The notes beneath the pieces were generated by a model, which saw only the letters and a list, made by a program, of their open reading frames with translations, was not told the DNA's origin and did not search any database. A program made the position numbers and the translations under genes. Shown here in pieces: positions 9,727-16,274 of a DNA stretch of 24,000 nucleotides. Position 1 is the stretch's first letter, and each line of letters begins with the position of its first letter. This stretch comes from Shewanella denitrificans OS217 (GTDB taxonomy: Bacteria; Pseudomonadota; Gammaproteobacteria; Enterobacterales; Shewanellaceae), in the NCBI RefSeq assembly GCF_000013765.1, contig NC_007954.1, forward strand, positions 3,540,979 through 3,564,978. The letters run 5' to 3'.

Positions 9727-11077
9727 TTAAAAACGGTACGGAAAGCGCAAACTAATCTGATAATCAGGAGAGTCTTCGGTTAAGCCCGCACCAATAGATG
9801 TCACCATAGACAAGTTTTCAGACAAGGCTATCGTTGCACCTATGCCAAGACTTGCCGTATTAGTGTCTGTGCGGGGGATTTTCTCCCACGGCCCACCTAA
9901 TGGTTGTTGCTTAGTTTTAGTATAAAATCTTTGGTTAAAACTCATCGCAAGGCTCATTCTTTCTGATACCGCAAATGCGAGCCCTAAGCTGTAATCCAAA
10001 TAATCACCCAAATCAATTTTTCCCGGACTCAGACCTGGATTTCCCGATAAATCATCAAACTCCTCTTCTCGAGTCCAGCCATAGTTAAGATTAAAAAAGA
10101 CGATGGCAGGGTCGAATGTTTTTGCCAAGCTAAAACCAGTCGATGCACCCCAGACTCCAGAACCTGTAGCCACTTCTGTAGGATAAGTTAAATTACCAAA
10201 TTCAGAGGTTTCTAACGCGATACCAAAAGGATCTTTACCCGTTGGCGCTCTTAGGCGTAGATTCCATACCCAGTCAGGCCAATCGTTTGATTCTGCATTA
10301 ATCCGATAATAGACAGCTGCACTCACGTCGCCAATGCCGCCACCATCAACTTGGGCGGTTTCATATCGTTGGCTAGAATTTCCTTCACCAACGGAATCAT
10401 ATTGGGTCCAGCGAAACATGTAAGGCACACCGATTTCAAACTGCCAATCTTGATTCAAAGTATAGCGAGTGGTGAGATCGATCTGAGTAGTATTGGTTCT
10501 GACACGATCTAAATTTAAATTGCCTAAAAAAATAGCATCTAATGCTAAAAAGCCCCTTAAAATAAGATCCTTTCGGCTGTAATAACTGTAAGTAAAGGAA
10601 GGCTCTATGGTGAGTTTACGAGTGAAGACATTGTGTGTTTCTTGCAGTAAGTCATCCGTACTGCGAGCCCTATCGGGGGCTTTTTTGCGCCCTTCTTGAT
10701 TGGTTGTAACTTGTTGTTTTTTTTGAAACCTCCGAAGCAGGAACTGACGAGGGTCTCTCTATATTCTCATTTGAGGCGACAGCTGTCTCTCGAGTCTGCT
10801 GTGGTTTCGAACCAGATTGTAATTGCGCTTCTTGCTTTAGCACTTGCTGGGCCATCTGATTAATGGCCTGCTGCTGACTTTTTAACTGTTTATTTAATAT
10901 AATGAGTTTTTGCTTTAACGCATTGAGCTCTTGTTCTGAGATTTGGCTTTTTGCCTGTTGGCTAACTTGAGTTTCCGGCAATTGATTTTTTTGAGTAAGC
11001 GTTTCTGCGACTGCACTCTGGATAACTAACATACCAGGTAGTAGAACAACAGTCACAGAGGTCCATTTCATATTCAT
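9727..11077 (-). pseudogene. fapF: FapF-like outer-membrane amyloid secretion channel (signal peptide, coiled coil, linker, beta-barrel), interrupted by a 1-nt frameshift in the 10673-10758 interval
   Basis: The N-terminal frame runs from 11077 to the stop at 10670-10672. It encodes MNMKWTSVTVVLLPGMLVIQSAVA (signal peptide) and a heptad-like region, QELNALKQKLIILNKQLKSQQQAINQMAQQVLKQEAQLQ. The second frame is open from 10758 to 9727. It reads as alternating beta-strand sequence and ends ...ISLRFPYRF, the terminal Phe typical of outer-membrane proteins. It has no start codon or signal peptide of its own before the TTG at 10458. Deleting one nucleotide gives 1347 nt, a 449-codon ORF. Confidence 0.65.
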
Positions 11078-11096
11078 AAATACAGATCCTTGGTCA

Positions 11097-11810
11097 TTAA
11101 AATCCAATGGTTCGTAAATCACGGATTTGTCTGCCAAGTAAACTCGAACTTAAGGTCCCGACAGACATCCCATCGTACCTAATTGTAGACTGATTTATGA
11201 CACCGTGATTAATTCCTTCAATTGCAATGCTTTGTAATAATTGACCATTTCCTTGGCCATAATTCACGCCTTGAGTTGCTTGCCCCGACGCTAGGTTAAC
11301 TTGATAACCTAAAGAACCAGTATTAGCAGAGAACACGCTAGTGCCGTTGCTGCTAATCAGGCTAGTGCCTAATGACAGGGTAACGCCATTAGTCAGTGAG
11401 TCCAATCGACCTTGAGACAGGGTTAAATCGTTCACTGCTAAGTTAGTGTCTCCTGCAATCTGGATCCTTTGTTGAAGCCCAACTGACTGCCCAAGTGCAT
11501 CTAACTCAACCACTTGAGAATTATCAATCTGTCCAGCTTCACTGACATTAATAACAATGGAAGGCTGATTATTAATCCTAGTAAATTCGACTTGCATACT
11601 GACCTGATCTTGAATTCCATTATCTTGAATAAATTGAGTTTGCATTTGAAGGCCGAAATAATAGTCTTGACCATTATCTGTAAATTTCCCCTTCATAGCA
11701 TCAAGCTCGACATCATTAAGTATCTGGCTGCCTTGCAACACAGATAAAGACGGAAGGTCTGCGGCAACCGGAGTAGCAAGCCCAATGAGAAGTATCATAG
11801 TAAGTTTCAT
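11097..11810 (-). CDS. Secreted 237-aa protein in the FapE position of the operon (assignment by position, not by recognised sequence)
   Basis: The signal peptide is MKLTMILLIGLATPVAADL. A strong Shine-Dalgarno (TAGGAGGCAAATATG) overlaps the upstream stop codon. The sequence is Q/N/S/G-rich and contains one degenerate repeat-like stretch (GYQVNLASGQATQGVNYGQGNGQLLQSIAI). It ends in GF. Confidence 0.55.
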   Translation of the reverse strand: MKLTMILLIGLATPVAADLPSLSVLQGSQILNDVELDAMKGKFTDNGQDYYFGLQMQTQFIQDNGIQDQVSMQVEFTRINNQPSIVINVSEAGQIDNSQVVELDALGQSVGLQQRIQIAGDTNLAVNDLTLSQGRLDSLTNGVTLSLGTSLISSNGTSVFSANTGSLGYQVNLASGQATQGVNYGQGNGQLLQSIAIEGINHGVINQSTIRYDGMSVGTLSSSLLGRQIRDLRTIGF

Positions 11811-11819
11811 ATTTGCCTC

Positions 11820-12503
11820 CTAGAGCATATCCGAATATGAAAAACCGAATTCCAACAGCTCAGCATCAGTCATAGGGGCGAAGGGGGCCAAAGCGCGATA
11901 ACTTAACCTAGCTCTAGGGTGCAAGAGCGGATTTTCTCTTTGATAATCGTTACCTATCACCACAAACACCACACCATTCCATTTAGCCATAAAATCTTCC
12001 ATAGTGATTATCCTGTTTCCTAACGCTGGATCGCCTAAATATATTTCTCCAGCCTCATGACGACGAAACACCACAAAATGGCTGTAACCACCATCATCAA
12101 GTAAGACGATTGCAGGGATTTTGAGTAAAGCAATTTCAGCTTCACCTACTTTATAGCCCCGACCTCTATAACCACTTGCCTGCAGATAGCGCTTCATATT
12201 GAGAAGTGAGAAACCTTGCTCTTTAACTAAGTCAATATTGGCATGCTTAAGCATACCTATTAATACTTGCTGCTCTGTAATGTCACCTTGGCCATAACCG
12301 TATTTAAGAACACTTGCAAGGCTTGCTGCACCACAGGAAAAATCTGTTTTTTGCTCAATCACATGTTCAAACTTGCGTTCCCGTATGCTTTGTATTGATT
12401 TAGTGTAAGTCCCCATACCAGGCACCAAGCCTGTTAATGACACCTCGGCAGCTGTGGAATTCGAAGCAAATAAAAGAATGACTAAACATAAAAAAAGTCT
12501 CAT
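11820..12503 (-). CDS. fapD: Stand-alone periplasmic C39-family cysteine peptidase (FapD-like)
   Basis: The signal peptide is MRLFLCLVILLFASNSTAAE. The C39-type catalytic Cys context is QKTDFSCGAASLASVLKYGYG and the His context is GGYSHFVVF. There is no ABC-transporter domain. Confidence 0.75.
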   Translation of the reverse strand: MRLFLCLVILLFASNSTAAEVSLTGLVPGMGTYTKSIQSIRERKFEHVIEQKTDFSCGAASLASVLKYGYGQGDITEQQVLIGMLKHANIDLVKEQGFSLLNMKRYLQASGYRGRGYKVGEAEIALLKIPAIVLLDDGGYSHFVVFRRHEAGEIYLGDPALGNRIITMEDFMAKWNGVVFVVIGNDYQRENPLLHPRARLSYRALAPFAPMTDAELLEFGFSYSDML

Positions 12504-12513
12504 ACAATGAAAT

Positions 12514-12531
12514 CAGGGGGTTGCCCCCCTG
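12514..12531 (-). terminator. GC-rich hairpin in the 53-bp gap between the FapC-like and FapD-like genes (candidate intra-operon attenuator)
   Basis: The minus strand reads CAGGGGG-GCAA-CCCCCTG, followed by ATTTCATTGT and then the ATG of the next gene. The stem is 7 bp, almost entirely G:C. Confidence 0.45.
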
Positions 12532-12556
12532 CCTTATTTCATGAAGGGTTTAAAGA

Positions 12557-13624
12557 TTAAGGTTCAATAACATCAGATGCTGCGGTAATACTTGTCAGTG
12601 CTAGATTGTTAGACTGTAAGTTACCTGTACCACTTGCCATATTCACCCCAATATTACCCGCTGAGTTTTGGAAAGCTGTACCCGCAAGCAAGGTTGAATT
12701 GTTGGTTTTTTGAGCCACTGTTTGAATAAAGAATGGCAATGCGCCACTGACGGTACCCGCTAAATCCAGCTCACCTTCTTCATTAAAGGTCATAACTGAG
12801 CTACCCGTTGGATTTTCAGTATCAAAATCGATATGACCCTGAACTGTGCCATCACCTGAATTATGACCGCCGTCACCTTCTAAAATGACTTGTGGATAGT
12901 AAGGTTCAGCTAAGCCTGAGCTACCGTCATAGCTACCATCGGCATTCAGCGCTAAATTAATATTAATAAATTCAACCGAATCTTCTACTACACTCATGTT
13001 CATAGTGCCGTTATGACCCGTTTGCTGTACGTTTGATACGCTAGCTTCACCCAAGGCGCCACTGTAAGCTGATGCAGCCATGTTATTGGCTTGTAAATTG
13101 TTGTTGCCTGCCGCGATATTCACACCAATGTTACCCGTGGCATTCATGAAGGAAGCGCCATCGATTGTCGCAGTATTCGTTGACGCTTCATTCCAGACAC
13201 CATTAAAGCCGCCTACTTGTGTGCTGAAAATTTCCGCATCACCTGAACCAAATGCAAAATTGGCGTCAATAGAAGCTAAGGCTGCCGAGTTAGTTTGGGC
13301 ATTAAAGTCACCAGAAGCTTGGTTCACACCAATATTACCGCTGGCATTTTCGAAGGCATTATCCGTAATGTGTGCATCATTATCATGATAATAATTACCC
13401 ACTTCATTCATGCTCGATTCCTGCACGTTCTCAACCACGGCCATACCTAAACCGCTGACATTAATGTTGCCGTTAATTGTTACTGTACCTTCATAGTCCA
13501 GTGTTTTAGTGACTTTCACTTTTTTATCTAAATCGACACTGCTGTCTGATTCTGTCATTCCATCTGCATAGGCTGAACTACTCATAATTGCTGCAATACT
13601 AAGTGCTAGAGTGAGTTTTTTCAT
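12557..13624 (-). CDS. fapC: FapC-like secreted repeat protein (candidate major amyloid subunit), three GNIGVN-type repeats
   Basis: The start was chosen at MKKLTLALSIAAIMSSSAYA (signal peptide), with a GGAGG Shine-Dalgarno 8 nt upstream. The track ORF extends 5 codons further, to 13639. The three repeats are ASGNIGVNQASGDFNAQTNSAALAS, ATGNIGVNIAAGNNNLQANNMAASA and SAGNIGVNMASGTGNLQSNNLALTS. They match the FapC repeat core as I recall it from Pseudomonas (SGNIGVNVAAGAGNQQSN). Confidence 0.75.
   Translation of the reverse strand: MKKLTLALSIAAIMSSSAYADGMTESDSSVDLDKKVKVTKTLDYEGTVTINGNINVSGLGMAVVENVQESSMNEVGNYYHDNDAHITDNAFENASGNIGVNQASGDFNAQTNSAALASIDANFAFGSGDAEIFSTQVGGFNGVWNEASTNTATIDGASFMNATGNIGVNIAAGNNNLQANNMAASAYSGALGEASVSNVQQTGHNGTMNMSVVEDSVEFININLALNADGSYDGSSGLAEPYYPQVILEGDGGHNSGDGTVQGHIDFDTENPTGSSVMTFNEEGELDLAGTVSGALPFFIQTVAQKTNNSTLLAGTAFQNSAGNIGVNMASGTGNLQSNNLALTSITAASDVIEP
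12590..12682 (-). repeat. FapC-like repeat R3 (coding, aa 320-350)
   Basis: GTAFQNSAGNIGVNMASGTGNLQSNNLALTS. The coordinates were checked against the DNA: GGTACAGCTTTCCAAAACTCAGCGGGTAATATTGGGGTGAAT on the minus strand, starting at 12682. Confidence 0.8.
13067..13159 (-). repeat. FapC-like repeat R2 (coding, aa 161-191)
   Basis: GASFMNATGNIGVNIAAGNNNLQANNMAASA. Confidence 0.8.
13271..13363 (-). repeat. FapC-like repeat R1 (coding, aa 93-123 of the track ORF)
   Basis: DNAFENASGNIGVNQASGDFNAQTNSAALAS. Confidence 0.8.
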
Positions 13625-13650
13625 CTTCCATTCCTCCATTCGGATGATTA

Positions 13651-14283
13651 TTAATTCCCGCTGGGAAGTTGTAGCGAGAATTGGTTTACGGCGATGTTTC
13701 CATCCCCAGAAATCTGATTAACTTGCATCACGCCCTGTGCATCCAAAAAACTGTCTGGTGCTATGTCGGCATGATATTGAGATGTTTGAAACGAGGGCAC
13801 TGACTGACTCGATACTTGGGTTAAGGCATCATCACTAAGGCCTAAACCAGCTATAGAAGCTAAGGCTATACTGCCTAAGTTGGTTTGGATGTTATTCTGA
13901 CCACTAACTTGATTGATACTTGCTAAACCTTGGAAGTTTGCAAAGGCTTGGCTGTCGATAAATGACACGTGTAATTCGTCATCATCTAGCATGGCCTGAA
14001 ATTCCACAGCATTAGAAAATGCCGCTAAGGGATGTAGATCATTTTTTTGAATTGATTCGATTGAAGTGCTTTGACCAAATACATGGCTATTAGATTGAAT
14101 ATTATGATCGCCAGAAGCCTGGTTAACTGCGGCTCGACCTGCGCCTTGCATAACTTTAGAACTTATAACGCTGGTCTGATCCGCACTAAGCGTCATGGGA
14201 GCAACCAAAAGGCTCAGCATAAAGGCACGCAATACCGGCGCTGAGCCAAGCCTTAATCTAAACATCCTAGTTACCATATTCAT
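13651..14283 (-). CDS. fapB: FapB-like secreted repeat protein (candidate nucleator/minor amyloid subunit)
   Basis: It has three shorter repeats of the same family: AAVNQASGDHNIQSNS, LASINQVSGQNNIQTNLGSIALAS and VMQVNQISGDGNIAVNQ. The signal-like N-terminus is MFRLRLGSAPVLRAFMLSLLVAPMTLSA. The track start at 14322 overlaps the sigma-54 promoter, so an internal ATG (14283, 14277 or 14265) is more likely. Confidence 0.65.
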   Translation of the reverse strand: MNMVTRMFRLRLGSAPVLRAFMLSLLVAPMTLSADQTSVISSKVMQGAGRAAVNQASGDHNIQSNSHVFGQSTSIESIQKNDLHPLAAFSNAVEFQAMLDDDELHVSFIDSQAFANFQGLASINQVSGQNNIQTNLGSIALASIAGLGLSDDALTQVSSQSVPSFQTSQYHADIAPDSFLDAQGVMQVNQISGDGNIAVNQFSLQLPSGN

Positions 14284-14318
14284 AACACAATCCATTCTGT
14301 AAATGACACTAGGTATTA

Positions 14319-14333
14319 GCAACCCTTATGCCA
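14319..14333 (-). promoter_or_regulatory. Sigma-54 (RpoN) -24/-12 promoter upstream of the fapB-like gene
   Basis: The minus strand reads TGGCAT-AAGGG-TTGC (then T). The GG-to-GC spacing is exact relative to the consensus TGGCAC-N5-TTGCW. It lies about 35 nt upstream of the first plausible ATG, next to a gene for a GAFTGA-containing activator. Confidence 0.7.
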
Positions 14334-14520
14334 AGAATGAAAAGTCTATGTCTTCAACTAGATAGATAAATACAAGCTTTTTTTTGTCTTACATTTGAGA
14401 TAGATACAGCATAAGAACATGAATATATAGATTATTATTATTTACCCTACATTCTTATTTTTAAGACGCTATTCAAAATAATCAATGTTGCCAACGAAAA
14501 ATGCCAAGGGATAGAAAGAT

Positions 14521-15837
14521 TCAAAGTTGCAAACCGTGTTTATCCATCAGTCGGTATAAGGTCGCTCTTGAAATTTGTAATTGACACGCCACAACATCGG
14601 CCTGGCCACCAGAAATAAGAATAGCCGACTGAAGCGCCTGTTTTTCTGCGTCATCTTTAAGGCATTTTAACGACATAAAATCTTGTGTCTCCTCACGTTT
14701 ATCGGCGAGTTCTAAATTAAAGGCGTTAATCTTATCCCCATCACTTAACACCACTGCACGACGGACCCTATTTATCAGCTCGCGGACATTCCCCGGCCAA
14801 GAATAATTCAATAAGGATTGTTTAGCGTCTGGGGTTAATTGTTTACTGGTGAGGTCGTATTCCGATAAGTAAGATTGAATAAAATATTTTGCTAAGGGTA
14901 AGATATCATCTCGCCTTTCTCTTAGCGGCGGTGTTTCTAAGGTGATACCATTTAAACGATAATAAAGATCTAACCTAAATTGTCCTTCATCAATGGCCTG
15001 TTCTAGATCGACATGAGTCGCAGCAATAATGCGTACATCCGATGAAATAGCGCCATTCCCCCCCAGAGTATCAAACACCCCTTCTTGTAAGAAACGCAAT
15101 AAATTAACTTGCAACTCTAAGGGTAAATCACCGATTTCGTCCAAGAATAAACTGCCACCATCGGCGAGGGCTATTTTACCTTTTCGGGCACTGGACGCCC
15201 CAGTAAATGCTCCTTTTTCATGACCAAACAACTCTGATTGAACTAAGCCTGCAGCCATTGCCCCACAGTTAACTGCAATAAATGGCCCTTGGCTACGACT
15301 GGATAATTGATGCAGCTTCTTCGCCGCAAGCTCTTTTCCCGTGCCGCTTTCTCCACGAATTAACACTGGGATATCCGTGGGTGCTACCCGAGCAATTTGT
15401 TTAAACAATTGTTGCATGACAAGAGAAGAATGGGTGCTTTCGTCATCGGAGTGAGGGATCACCTCTTTCAGCACACATTGACGCTTAAGTCTCGCTAGAC
15501 CTATTCCGTGACCTAAACATTTTTCGAGCCTTTCGGGGTGAATGGGACTGGTGCAATAATCCCAAGCAAACTGCGCAATAAATGTGGTGATTTCTGTCGA
15601 ATTCAATTGTGACTTGTTGATGAGAACTATCACATGCACACAGGAATCTAGCTCTCGGACCAAGTAATTCGCTTCAGCCATAAAGCTTTCATCTCTAAGA
15701 TCAACTAGGCACAAATGACAGTTAAAAGGCATTGCTTGATAATCGTTATTTTTAATGTAAAAGGCTTGGTATCCTTGGCGAGAAAGCACTTCATTGAGTT
15801 CATCACACTGAAAACCAGCCATCAATAATGGTTCCAT
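14521..15837 (-). CDS. Sigma-54-dependent transcriptional activator (bEBP) with an atypical VpsR/FleQ-like receiver domain, AAA+ domain and Fis-type HTH
   Basis: It has Walker A (GESGTGKE), GAFTGA (GHEKGAFTGASS), Walker B (GGSLFLDEIGDL) and a C-terminal HTH (QISRATLYRLMDKHGL). The N-terminal region (about 120 aa) resembles the VpsR receiver (LCLVDLRD...WDYCTSPI...LGHGIGL). The start was chosen at the ATG at 15837, which has an AAGGAT Shine-Dalgarno. The track ORF begins at a GTG at 15864. Confidence 0.85.
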   Translation of the reverse strand: MEPLLMAGFQCDELNEVLSRQGYQAFYIKNNDYQAMPFNCHLCLVDLRDESFMAEANYLVRELDSCVHVIVLINKSQLNSTEITTFIAQFAWDYCTSPIHPERLEKCLGHGIGLARLKRQCVLKEVIPHSDDESTHSSLVMQQLFKQIARVAPTDIPVLIRGESGTGKELAAKKLHQLSSRSQGPFIAVNCGAMAAGLVQSELFGHEKGAFTGASSARKGKIALADGGSLFLDEIGDLPLELQVNLLRFLQEGVFDTLGGNGAISSDVRIIAATHVDLEQAIDEGQFRLDLYYRLNGITLETPPLRERRDDILPLAKYFIQSYLSEYDLTSKQLTPDAKQSLLNYSWPGNVRELINRVRRAVVLSDGDKINAFNLELADKREETQDFMSLKCLKDDAEKQALQSAILISGGQADVVACQLQISRATLYRLMDKHGLQL

Positions 15838-16274
15838 GATCACATCCTTTCGCAGCATAGTCACGACACCATTGACCTATCTAATTTCAATGGCATTGCG
15901 TCATACTAAGCGATTTTTTGTATCTAGAAATTAATCACTATCATGTTAATAGCTTGATGCCTAAAAGACGTTAAAAATCAGATAGTCTTATTCTTCCCAT
16001 TAGATAAAAGGGGCATCATATCCTTGTCAAATTAATGTTAAGCTACACTGTTCAAGAACAAATGAACAACACTTGTCAAAACAGTTAAAAGAAGCCCTCA
16101 CTTCTTAACTTGATAGTATGGTCCATAACTCGGCTTACAAACATGAAAACGGCGAAAAAATTGACTTTTTATCCTCCCTTTCCGACTTCAATCCGTTATA
16201 ATTTTTTATAAATCAATTGTTTCTTGGTAGCTTTCATCGATTAAGTAGCAGATTTATACACTTAGAGGTCTAAC

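Noticed and set aside
10670-11137. 155-aa ORF as an independent gene overlapping the upstream gene by 41 bp
   Set aside because: The first 20 codons overlap the FapE-position gene and precede a much better start (ATG at 11077 with an AAGGA Shine-Dalgarno and a signal peptide). The ORF's C-terminus is low-complexity linker that continues sensibly in the adjacent frame into the barrel, which lacks its own signal peptide.
11820-12503. C39 peptidase as part of a bacteriocin/double-glycine-leader ABC export system
   Set aside because: The protein is only 227 aa, has a Sec signal peptide and no transmembrane or ATPase domain. No ABC transporter or small GG-leader peptide gene is nearby.
13080-13388. 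102-aa plus-strand ORF antisense to the FapC-like gene (also 11514-11747 antisense to the FapE-position gene)
   Set aside because: These are shadow ORFs produced by the low-stop repeat-coding sequence on the opposite strand. They have no start context or recognisable motifs.
12557-14322. Curli (CsgA/CsgB) interpretation of the N/Q/G-rich repeat proteins
   Set aside because: The repeat spacing and core (GNIGVNxAxGxxNxQxN) differ from the curli S-x5-Q-x-G-x-G-N-x-A-x3-Q unit. The locus has no CsgG/E/F-like genes. Instead it has a C39 peptidase and a coiled-coil beta-barrel, which fits Fap rather than curli.
14284-14322. Track start codon at 14322 for the FapB-like ORF (MLIPSVIYRMDCV...)
   Set aside because: These codons overlap the sigma-54 -12 element and would lie upstream of the predicted transcript start. 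The signal-peptide-like sequence begins only after the internal Met residues.
16023-16080. Direct repeat CTTGTCAAA (16023-16031 and 16072-16080) in the divergent intergenic region
   Set aside because: A 9-bp repeat in an AT-rich 410-bp region could arise by chance, and no dyad symmetry or known operator pattern is recognisable.
16161-16200. TTGACT ... TATAAT as a sigma-70 promoter for the C15-like gene
   Set aside because: The two perfect-looking hexamers are 28 bp apart, far from the 16-18 bp optimum. The TATAAT (16195-16200) may still be a -10 with a poor -35, but I cannot support a promoter call.
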